DNA of 21,426 nt from Octopus sinensis (Eukaryota): positions 1-21,426 of the forward strand of contig NW_021823697.1 in assembly GCF_006345805.1 (NCBI RefSeq), in the 5' to 3' direction. The notes under the pieces are model-generated. The model made no database searches, was not told the DNA's origin, and saw only the letters and a program-made list of their open reading frames with translations. The first letter of the stretch is position 1. Every line of letters begins with the position of its first letter. The position numbers were made by a program, and so were the translations under genes. Below are positions 9,246 to 19,477 of the stretch, piece by piece.

Positions 9246-9458
9246 ATCCTTTCTACTAAAGGTACGAGGCCTGAAATTTTGGGGGAGGGGACTAGTTTAT
9301 TTAGATTGACCCTTGTGCTTTACAGGTACTCAATTTATTGACCCTGAAAGGATGAAAGGCGAAGTTGACCTCGGTAGAATTTGAACTCAACGTCAAGGCA
9401 GACAAAATGCTCCTAAAAATTTTGCCTGGTGTGCTAACGATTCTGCCAGCTCGCCGCC

Positions 9459-9460
<2 letters not shown>
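9246..9460 (-). mobile_element. SINE family A copy
   Basis: Ends CTGCCAGCTCGCCGCCTT (head on minus strand); followed by (AAT)n. Confidence 0.85.
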
Positions 9461-9498
<38 letters not shown>

Positions 9499-10108
9499 TA
9501 CTAATAATGATAATCATTCACACCACACACATTGTAGACATACTATTTTGCTGGCAGCAGTCATGCACTGCAAATGTTTTCGCCCAATAATAGCAGAGGT
9601 CACTGGTACAATAGCTATGTAATATGTTTTCCTGATTCTTGTCAGCAATGCTTAAAGCAACATTCAAAGATATGGATAATGGTATTTAATCCAGACACAC
9701 CCAAATGCAGTCCTGTTTGGAACTTCACAGTTCTGAACCAGAATCGTATCATCTTAGCTGTATATCAGATAAGTTCTCTTGGCTAATGGCAACGGCCTTG
9801 TTGTAATGCAAGGGAGGGAAAGTGTACAAAGATTGCAGAATCTGTTTGTCTTTGTAGCAAACACAAACAAAAGGGCTTCAAATGAAATCAACATTAAAAA
9901 ACAAAAAAAAAACATTAAAAAATCACTCAAACAAAATAAAACAAGAACCCTACAAAGATAGATGTTGGCCAAAAATCTGATAGAGCAAGCCAAATTTGCA
10001 TATCTTGGCAGCATAATCAATGATGACGGCTGATTAGATGAACCAGATTGTTAAAGAATGGTGGAAACGCAATTGGTATTGGTTCAGAACAGCCATAACA
10101 AAAACAAC

Positions 10109-10278
10109 AGCATCGTCATCATCATCATCATCATCACCACCAAAATAATGGTAACAACAGTGATCCTCACCATCATCATCATCATTGTTATCATCATCGT
10201 CATTGTTGATTTTGTCATCATCATCATCATTGTTGTTGTTTGCAGTCATCATCATCATCGTCATCATCACATCATCAT
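10109..10278. repeat. (CAT)n-rich trinucleotide region
   Basis: Direct reading. Confidence 0.85.
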
Positions 10279-10528
10279 CAACTCACTTATGGCAAATTGG
10301 TAGATCCATTAGAAAATACTTTGTGGTATTCAGTTACATCCCTTTTACATTTTTAATTGAAATAACCGACTAAGTTCGACTGCCATTCTTTCTTCAAGGG
10401 CTGATAAAATAAAAGTAGCAGTCAAGTATTACAGGACTGATTTTAAGAACCTTCGGAGCTTCCCAAGAACTGAATGAAATTATTACAGAAGCCAAAAATT
10501 ATAATTTGCACTTGTGATGGATGTGACG

Positions 10529-10888
10529 CGAAGACCTGTTGAGGCAAGGGAAATCGAAATCAATCAAAAAAATCAATGGAAATTGTAGTTGTGATACCAG
10601 TGCCGGTGGCATGTAAAAAGCACCATCCAAACATGGCTGTTGCCAGCACCACCTCGATTGACTTCCGTGTCAGTGGCACGTGAAAAGCATTGCCAGCCTC
10701 GCCTGGCATGTAAAAAGCACCCACTACACTCACGGAGTGGTTGGCATTAGGAAGGGCATCCAGCTGTAGAAACACTGCCAGATCAGACTGGAGCCTGGTG
10801 CAGCCTCTTGGCTTCCCAGACCCCGGTCAAACCGTCCAACCCATGCTAGCATGGAAAACGGACATTAAACGATGATGATGATGATGAT
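10529..10888 (+). mobile_element. RTE-clade LINE 3' end or RTE-tailed SINE
   Basis: TGGTTGGCATTAGGAAGGGCATCCAGCTGTAGAAA...ACGGACATTAAACGATGATGATG tail typical of RTE-mobilised elements; other copies at 3151 and 3237. Confidence 0.8.
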
Positions 10889-11121
10889 ATATCCTGTTGG
10901 AATGTCAGTTAGGGTCTTAAGTTTACCAGCAGACACAGTACTATTGCCCATGGTTTTTAGGAAGGTGAGCATCCACCCATGTGTTGGTTAGCTGGTTGGT
11001 GAACAGTGGCGTAACTATAAAGCATGTGCCACCCTGAGTAGCCCTTGAGTATGCTCCCACGTTTTGGGCCCCTAGAGTTGGGGCCTTGAGTAGCAATTTT
11101 GCTTCTGTTACATTTATTCAC

Positions 11122-11282
11122 AACCCAAAGAATCCCTACAACACATGGCTACAATGCTTCCCCACTACTCCTGCTCATGATCAAAGATGCACATATTGTT
11201 TGTCACTAAGGGAAATGCACAAGTGGTTAAGGTCAAGCAACTGACAAGCAAATCTGTAGTATTGAGTGGAATATTTACTATA
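11122..11282 (-). mobile_element. Fragment of the repeat at 8424-9045, opposite orientation
   Basis: Reverse-complement alignment to about 8500-8655. Confidence 0.8.
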
Positions 11283-12547
11283 ATGATATTTTTGCTTCAT
11301 CACCTTAGTGATGTCCAGGTCACAAAAGGAGAGTTTTAAGGGAATAATAGTAATTTCTTTTGATTTCTAGATAGAAGCAAATAGGAAATAACACTTACTG
11401 ACCAAAGACCAAAAGAAAAAAATTTTTTGATTGTTACACAGTGTAATCTGTTAGCTAAGAACAATCAAGAAGAATCCAAGATAGTACCCTGCTGGAGGTA
11501 GTTATGGACACTCATAACTACAGTCCTGACCTATCTGTAAGATCAAAGAGAGGATGTGCAAGAGGTACACAGTTATTCAGGTCTAGAAATTTCTTAGACA
11601 TCAGAGGAAATATTTTTATTTATTGGGGCCAGTATTCAGAGATTGGAAGGCTATCCTTAAGAAAACGTGTACCCCAACCTCTGATAAAATTCATTCCAGA
11701 TTCCCAGGTTTGTCATTGCTGCGATGACAACTCTGTCTTTCCTTTTCCCGACCAGTGATTCTAGGACTACATTATTAATTTGAAGGAGATTTTGTTGCTA
11801 TTTCTAGCAGATCTAGCTATCATATAGAGTCCTCACGTTTTTGAGACTATTGTTGTTGTTTTTCACCACAACTACTTTATTAAGCAATAGTTTTTTTGTA
11901 TATCAAAGACTATATTATACAAATGTCTTTCAATATTTTAGATTGTAAGATGTTGTTTGACAGAGATTTAGCTACTATTTCTTGCTTCTCTAATGACCAC
12001 GAAGAGGCAAACACATTGTTATATAACGACAGGAGTTACTGCCCTTCGATACTAATTTAGACCGCTTGCCTTTTTTGTATCTAAATTAGGTAGTTCTATT
12101 CTCATTAGATAGCACTATGTATATAGACACATATACATACTCATGCTGACTTTCTAAAGCTATGATTATAGCAACAGTGTTAGTGTTGTGGGCTATTGGT
12201 GTTAGCAGTGGTGATGTTGGCAACGGGCATGAAAATGAAGGCAAAATCAGAAAGGAGTCAAGATGAAGAAGAGAAGATAAAAGGAAAAGAGGCATAAAAG
12301 ATATAAGGATCTTTTTCGTTTTCTTCCAACCACTTGAAGATTTTTCAATTTTCAATGCTTTGTTTTCAAATTTTCCATGGGTTTAACAAATAAAAATATA
12401 TAAAACAAATATATATATAAAATATATACAAAATATAAAATATATAAAATAGGTATAAAATATATAAAAAATATATAAAAAAAACGTAAGAAATTGGGTG
12501 AAGCAGTGGGAAGAGAGAGTTAAAGAGAGAACATAACTGGTTGGCCA

Positions 12548-12661
12548 TCTCTCTCTCTCCCTCTCTCCTCTCTCTCTCTCTCCCTCTCTCTCTCTCCCTC
12601 TCTCCTTCTCTCCTTCTCTCTCTTCCTCTCTCCTCTCCTTCTCTCTCTCTCTCTCTCTCTC
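12548..12661. repeat. (CT)n-rich polypyrimidine tract
   Basis: Direct reading. Confidence 0.95.
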
Positions 12662-12732
12662 CAGAGAAAATGACTGACACTTGTTACAACCCCTAACGTA
12701 CACCACCCGAGAAGCATGTAACACATGCAGAG

Positions 12733-12735
<3 letters not shown>

Positions 12736-12771
<36 letters not shown>

Positions 12772-12906
12772 AATACACAAGATCAACTTAACCAACACTC
12801 CACATACACTCATCACCACCACCACCACCACCACAACAACAACAACAACAATAGCATGCCAACACTACCACCATTACCGCACCTTCCATCATCATCATCA
12901 TCATCG
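12736..12906. repeat. (CA)n, then (CAC)(CAA)(CAT) compound repeats
   Basis: Direct reading. Confidence 0.9.
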
Positions 12907-13238
12907 TTACCGTCGCTATCTTGTAAATCTATACATTATAAAGATAAATAATGAACCGCTATTTTGGCATTGAACAATTTTGTCTTGCGCGCTGGCTTTA
13001 GTTGACACATCAACAACAACAGCAACAACAACAACACCTGGTGCTGCTACTGTTATTACTATTGCTGCTGCTGGTGCTGCTGCTGTTGCCTGGGTGGAAA
13101 GGGTATGTTGATGATTAGTCCAGAAGAACAGAGACACTGTTATAGTAGTGGTAGAAGGGTCAAGAGAGGAGACTGCGTGTGTGAGTGAGTGAGGGAAACT
13201 CCGAGATATTTGTATGACTAGAAGCAACAGTACCATAC

Positions 13239-13655
13239 TTATTTCTTTACTACCCACAAGGGGCTCAACACAGAGAGGACAAACAAGGACAGACACACGG
13301 ATTAAGTCGATTATATCGACCCCAGTGCGTATCTGGTACTTATTTAATCGACCCTGAAAGGATGAAAGGCAAAGCCGACCTCGGCGGAATTTGGACTCAG
13401 AATGTAACGACAGACGAAATACCTATTTCTTTACTACCCACAAGGGGCTCAACACAGAGAGGACAAACAAGAACAGACACACGGATTAAGTCGATTATAT
13501 TGATCCCAGTGCGAAACTGGTACTTATTTAATCGACCCCGAAAGGATGAAAGGTAAAGTCAACCATGTCAGAATTTGAACTCAGAACGGAGCGGCAGACG
13601 AAATACCGCTAAGCATTTCGCGCGGCGTGCTAACGTTTCTGCCAGCTCGCTGTCT
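13239..13655 (-). mobile_element. SINE family A dimer (one head, two bodies)
   Basis: Units 13239-13421 and 13422-13655; 16-bp TSD AGCAACAGTACCATAC (13223-13238) / AACAACAGCACCATAC (13656-13671), 14/16. Confidence 0.9.
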
Positions 13656-13686
13656 AACAACAGCACCATACCATAGATATATGTGT

Positions 13687-13989
13687 GGAGGCACATGGCC
13701 TAGTGGTTAGTGCAGCGGACTCGCGATCGAGGGATCGCGGGTTCGAATCGCAGACCGGGCGATGTGTGTGTTTATGAGCAACACACCTAAGCTCCACCCG
13801 GCTCCGGCTGAAGGTAATGGCGAACTTCTGCTGACTCTTTCACCACAACTTTCTCTCACTCTTTCCTCCTGCATTTTGCAGCTCACCTGCGACGGACCGG
13901 CGTCCCGTCCAGGTGGGGAACCTATACGCCAAGGAAACCGGGAAACCAGCCCTTATGAGCCAGGCATGGCTCGAGAAGGAACAAAAAAA
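13687..13989 (+). mobile_element. tRNA-derived SINE with V-domain-like core
   Basis: A box TGGCCTAGTGG 13696-13706; B box GGGTTCGAATC 13739-13749; CCTGCGACGGACCGGCGTCCCGTCCAGG at 13886 resembles the V-SINE core; A-rich end; CpG-rich; possible ATATATGTG TSD. Confidence 0.8.
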
Positions 13990-14075
13990 TATATAAATAT
14001 ATGTGAGCAATATTGCAAGGTGTGGGGGTTATTTGAACTTCATAGAAGTGTGTGTAGCAAGGGACCAGGAGTTAT

Positions 14076-14265
14076 CCTTTTACTCATTTCAGTCACTGGA
14101 TTGTATCTATATACTAGGGCACCATCTTGAAGGGTTTTTGTTGATCAAATCAACCACAGTTGCTTATTTTACGTCTGATTCTTATTCTATAAGTCTCTTT
14201 CTGCTGATCTGCTAAGTTACAGGGATGTAAGCTAACAAACACTGGTTATCAAGGGGTGGTTGAGG
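14076..14265 (-). mobile_element. Old SINE family B-related fragment
   Basis: Aligns with 7284-7470. Confidence 0.65.
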
Positions 14266-14285
14266 TAAATGCATATGCGGTTCTG

Positions 14286-14476
14286 CACACACCCGCATAC
14301 ATATAAATATGCATACATATACATGCACACACACACACACACATATGCAAACACACATACATATATATATATGCATACATATACATGCACACACACACAT
14401 ATGCAAACACACATACATATATATATGCATACATAAACATGCACACACACACATGCAAACACACATACATATATAT
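14286..14476. repeat. CA/TA compound repeat with a ~55-60-bp higher-order unit (about 3 copies)
   Basis: ATGCAAACACACATACATATAT recurs at about 14344, 14401 and 14453. Confidence 0.85.
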
Positions 14477-14488
14477 GGCATCATAAGG

Positions 14489-15454
14489 TTCTACATGGGT
14501 TTAACAGCCAATCACTTTAAGGAAAGCTACATATATTCATTCAGGGGAAGGAACAGGGAAAAACTCCACCTTCCAGTCCTGCTTTAACTGGAGACTCTGG
14601 GGTTACCAAAATTACTTCCTCAACATCCCATAAAGCAGCCTTGACATAGACACCTTACTTGGGACTTGTAGCTGCCAACTCTGCCTCCCTGAGAAACTGC
14701 ACATGCTTCACCTGCTTGCAGTATCCATCAATAAGAAAACTGTTACCTATCTCTTTACTACCCACAAGGGGCTAAACGCAGAGAGGACAAACAAGGACAG
14801 ACAAACAGATTAAGTCGATTATATCGACCTTAGTGTGTAACTGGTACTTATTTAATCGACCCCGATAGGGTGAAAGGCAAAGTCGACCTCGGCATAATTT
14901 GAACTCAGAACGTAACGGCAGACTAAATACCTATTTCTTTACCTATCTCTTTACTACCCACAAGAGGCTAAACACAGAGAGGACAAACAAGGACAGACAA
15001 ACGGATTAAGTTGATTATATCGACCCCAGTGCGTAACTGGTATTTATTTACTCGACCTCTGAAAGGATGAAAGGCAATGTCGACCTTGGCATAATTTGAA
15101 CTCAGAACGTAACGGCAGACTAAATACCTATTTCTTTACTACCCACAAGGGGCTAAACACAGAGAGGACAAACAAGGACAGACAAACAGATTAAGTCGAT
15201 TACATCAACCCCAGTGCGTAACTGGTACTTATTTAATCGACCCCGATAGGATGAAAGGCAAAGTCGACCTCAGCGGAATTTGAACTCAGAACGTGAAGAC
15301 AGATGAAATACGGCTACGCATTTCGCCTGGCGTGCTAACGATTCTACCTGCTCGTCGCCTTAAGAAAACTGTTACCACTACCAGTGGTACACCCCTGTTA
15401 ATGAACTTCAGGCCACTGGTCACTGATAATCCAGATATACCACACTTGGTCTAG
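14489..15454 (+). pseudogene. Decayed Penelope-like element GIY-YIG endonuclease C-terminal coding region, split by a SINE array
   Basis: FYMGLTANHFKESY..SFR / frameshift / KNSTFQSCFNWRL..IP*SSLD..GTCSCQLCLPEKLHML..INKKTVT [insertion] TTSGTPLLMNFRP; matches recalled PLE motifs YIGxT..FKERY, NST.LS..IW.L, CxLCLxEK, LNKR. Confidence 0.8.
14748..15360 (-). mobile_element. SINE family A trimer (one head, three bodies)
   Basis: Units ~14748-14929, 14944-15126, 15127-15360; perfect 16-bp TSD TAAGAAAACTGTTACC (14732-14747, 15361-15376). Confidence 0.93.
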
Positions 15455-15851
15455 CTCATCCAAGCTGGTCAAACAAACTGATATGTAATCTATCATCATC
15501 AAATCAGTTATCTCCCCATATGGTTGGTTAACTGTTGTCATTGAAATATCACACCCTACAGAGTGATCACTAACTGATACCATTATCTTACCTGCCCTGT
15601 CATGTAGGTAGAGCATTCAGTATAAAAATATCTGATGTCACTAAGATATCAAACTCTACTGAATGACAACTAAAATAATGCATGCACTTTATTGGCTTCA
15701 CTGTGTAGACCTACCAACAAACGAACTGATGTCGCTTTGATAACATAAACAATCATGTCACCTGAACTGATTGACAGCGACACGGCACGGCAGTCGAAAT
15801 ACTCTCACCTAGAAACCATTTGAAATCTCTTTTAGATTCACTTCAGCCTGT

Positions 15852-15910
15852 CTCCAAACATCTGATGATGTGGACGGTTTTCCAAAGCCACAAAACTAAG
15901 TAATGTGGAG
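15852..15910 (+). ncRNA. Type I hammerhead ribozyme, single core substitution (G12>A)
   Basis: Stem I CTCC-AA-ACAT / ATGT-GGAG; core CTGATGA 15862-15868; stem II GTGG/CCAC; AAAAC in place of GAAAC at 15892; stem III AC-TAA-GT; GUA triplet 15900-15902; lies downstream of the PLE endonuclease relic. Confidence 0.75.
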
Positions 15911-16004
15911 CTGAGTCAAACTGTTACGAAATACATAATAACACTGACCTGACGTGGGATGGAGGGGTCAATTTCATTTGTCCACTCACTAAACACAAAC
16001 ACAC

Positions 16005-16852
16005 CCAACAAAACACATGCACACACGCACACGCACACAAAACACATGCCACAACACCACACCAACATGCACACATGCACACACACACACACAAAAACAC
16101 ATGCACACACACCACCCACAAAAACACATGCACACACGCACACACACAAAAACACCCATACACAACCACACACACCAAAAACACACTGTACACACACACA
16201 AACAAACACATGCACACACACACACACAAACACATGCACACACACACGCACAAAACACATGCACACACACACGCACAAAAACACATGCACACACACACAC
16301 ACAAACACATGCACACCACACAAACAACACACACACAAACACAATGCACACACCACACACAAAAAGACATGTCACACACAAAAACACATGCACACACACA
16401 CACACAAACACATGCACACACACACACACAAAAACACATGCACATACACACAAACACAAAACACATGTACACACACAAAAACACATGCACACACACACAC
16501 ACAAACACATGCACACACACACGCACAAAACACATGCACACACACACACACCAAAACACATGCACACACACACACACAAACACATGCACACACACACAAA
16601 AACACATGCACACACACACCACAAAAACACATGCACACATGCACACACACACAAACACATGCACACACACACATGCACACACACACACACAAAAACACAT
16701 GCACACACACACACACACAAAAACACATGCACACACACACACAAAAACACATGCACACACACACACAAAAACACATGCACACACAAAAACACATGCACAC
16801 ACACACACACAAATACACACACATGCACACACACATACATACATATGCACAC
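16005..16852. repeat. Higher-order CA minisatellite, unit ~AAAAACACATGCACACACACAC (about 30 copies)
   Basis: ACATGCAC anchor recurs every ~20-28 nt. Confidence 0.95.
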
Positions 16853-16992
16853 ACCATATCTTGGACATGGTTTTAGATATGGTAGAGCTTATACCTTTCC
16901 AGGTCTAACCACAGCTGATTTCTTCTAGAAAGTGAAGAAGATAAACAGGCAGAGAGAAAGAAAAAAAATGAGAGAAAGAGAACTGGCCCTAG

Positions 16993-17125
16993 AACAGTAT
17001 TTATCAAGCCTCAATGGACGAAAGGCAGAGTTGACCTTGGCAGGATTTGAACTCGGAATACAGGGAGCCAGAATTACTGCAAAGCAATCTATCTAACATG
17101 CTAATGATCCTGCCAACTGCCTTCT
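16993..17125 (-). mobile_element. Highly diverged SINE family A fragment
   Basis: GAAAGGCAGAGTTGACCTTGGCAGGATTTGAACTC matches the family A minus-strand motif. Confidence 0.65.
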
Positions 17126-17231
17126 ACACACACTTTGTGCTGTAATTAATATTTGATGTGGTTTGGGGAGTCTGGCTTCGGCTGCCATCTCTAGCATGGT
17201 GGTATCTTGGATACCCTCAATATAATTTTAT

Positions 17232-17301
17232 ATGCATACATATTATAATATATTATAGCATATAATATATATATATATATATTATTATTATATTATATAT
17301 A

Positions 17302-17341
<40 letters not shown>

Positions 17342-17364
17342 ATATATATATATATATATATATA

Positions 17365-17403
<39 letters not shown>

Positions 17404-17484
17404 TATATATAATATATTATATAATATATACTATATATATATAATATATAATATATATATAATATATATATATATACTATATAT
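17232..17484. repeat. (TA)n / ATA low-complexity tract
   Basis: Direct reading. Confidence 0.95.
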
Positions 17485-17697
17485 AAATAAAACTTATATA
17501 TAAAGAACGTGAAATTCACGATTGACAAACACGGACAAACGGACAGTAATTCAGAGCCTCATTCTTCAGTCAGAAACCGATTCATCATGGCAAATTTCGG
17601 CTGTTAAATTCTGAGATTTGCTCCGAAAGGGCCAGCCCCAAGGAAAAGCTAAGCTATGGGCATTAGATTTGCTTGGTAGAAGGAAAGAATGTGACAA

Positions 17698-17793
17698 TGA
17701 TATATATATATGATATATATATATAGATATATATAATATATATATGATATATATATTATAATATATATATAATATATATATGATATATATATA

Positions 17794-17838
<45 letters not shown>

Positions 17839-17861
17839 ATATATATATATATGTTATATAT

Positions 17862-17917
<56 letters not shown>

Positions 17918-18062
17918 ATATATATATATAATATTATATATATAATATATTATATAATATATATATATATCATATATATTATATATATATTATGTATAAT
18001 TATATATGATATATATATATAATATAGATGATGTATTATAATATGATATATATAATGTATAG

Positions 18063-18103
<41 letters not shown>

Positions 18104-18357
18104 ATAATATTATATATATATATAATATATATATAATATAGATATATCTAATATATATATATAAATATAATATATATAGAAGATATATAATATATATATA
18201 TATTAGGATATATATATATCTAATTATAAATAATATATATGATATATATATATATATAATATGAATATATATAAATATGAGATATATATTATATATATAT
18301 ATATTATATAAACACACTATATATATATACATATATATACATACACACACACACACA
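17698..18357. repeat. ~650-bp degenerate (TA)n tract ending in (CA)n
   Basis: Direct reading. Confidence 0.95.
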
Positions 18358-18787
18358 AAATCAAAATAAGCAACAGGATATCAAAAAGTGATCAAACTAC
18401 TATTTCCTGTGGCTTAATTTAATTGGACAATGCAATCGTTACACCATTTGAATGCAGGGCTATCCTCAGCTGCACAAATAAATAAATAGAATTTTAACCA
18501 GTTGGACACATTAATATAATTTTACTCAAATACTCTAACACGAGCACGCAGATGGAAGAAATCCATGTTGTCGCTATTGTAGCTAAGAATATACTCCACT
18601 TCCAAGAAATGCATGAAGTTTACTGGGGGTCATAGCTGGAAAGGATTGTGGTTCATTTTATTTATTAGTCTATTTATCAACTACTAAATCTAAGACTGTG
18701 TCTGTTTGGAATGAAGGGCAAGAGTGGGGTGGACAGCTCATGGCTAGGTACTAATTAAGTATTAGTAAAGTACTTGTGCTGATTTAA

Positions 18788-19010
18788 CCCTTTAGTATTT
18801 AAAACCGGCCATATCCGGCCAACATAAGCTAATCTGTTTTATGTTCAAACTGACAGAGATCCAGGCTCTCACACCTACCCTACAATGTTATTCTACATTA
18901 AGTAATTACACCATCAAGATCTTGGAAGATATGAGATAATGCATGATTAATTCAAATCAATGGGAATCAATAGGCATTATGTTTGATTGAATAATCTGAA
19001 CACTAAAGGG
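18788..19010. mobile_element. piggyBac-type MITE, uninterrupted (223 bp)
   Basis: TTAA-CCCTTTAG...CTAAAGGG-TTAA with perfect 8-bp TIRs; internally homologous to 1242-1829. Confidence 0.92.
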
Positions 19011-19079
19011 TTAATCAATTGTTGTCTCCCTACCAAAATGTGTGGCATTGTGTTATATTGAAAAAAAAATATCACCATA

Positions 19080-19477
19080 GGCGCAGGATTGGCTGTGTGG
19101 TAAGTAGCTTGTTTACCAACCACATGGTTCCGGGTTCAATCCCACTGGGTGGCACCTTGGGCAAGTGTCTTCTACTATAGCCTCGGGCCGACCAATGCCT
19201 TGTTGAGTGGATTTGGGAGACGGAAACTGAAAGAAGCCCGTCGTATATATGTGTATATATATATGTGTGTGTGTTTGTGTTTGTCCCCCTAGCATTGCTT
19301 GACAATCGATGCTGGTGTGTCTATGTTACTTTGCGGTTCGGCAAAAGAGACCGATAGAATAAGTACTGGGCTTACAAAAGAATAAGTCCCGGGGTCGAGT
19401 TGCTCGATTAAAGGCGGTGCTCCAGCATGGCTGCAGTCAAACGACTGAAGCAAGTAAAAGAGAAAAAGAGAAAAGAG
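19080..19477 (+). mobile_element. tRNA-derived SINE family B, full length
   Basis: A box TGGCTGTGTGG, B box GGGTTCAATCC, internal TA/TG repeat, (AAAAGAG)n tail. Confidence 0.92.

Noticed and set aside
11004-11017. CAGTGGCGTAACTA, a hAT-like TIR start
   Set aside because: No matching right end or TSD found.
11504-11758. 84-aa plus-strand ORF with donor-like CAG|GTTTGT
   Set aside because: No recognisable homology and no convincing in-frame acceptor.
13687-13760. tRNA gene
   Set aside because: No proper acceptor or anticodon stem, and it continues into a SINE body; the same applies to 660-720 and other SINE heads.
13239-15360. CRISPR-like array
   Set aside because: Units are ~183-bp SINE bodies with no unique spacers, in a eukaryotic context.
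15766-15805. CTGATTGA...GTCGAAAT as an extra HHR upstream of 15852
   Set aside because: Core has an insertion and stems I and III do not pair; at most a decayed paralogue.
15592-15890. Minus-strand donor-like sites (CAG|GTAAGA, TAG|GTGAGA) and the peptide GFGKPSTSSDVWRQAEVNL
   Set aside because: Frames end in stops, and the region is better explained as the antisense of the Penelope 3' region and its HHR.
15916-16928. 300-aa Cys/Val or His/Thr ORFs resembling metallothionein or His-rich proteins
   Set aside because: Artefact of the stop-free CA minisatellite, open in all six frames.
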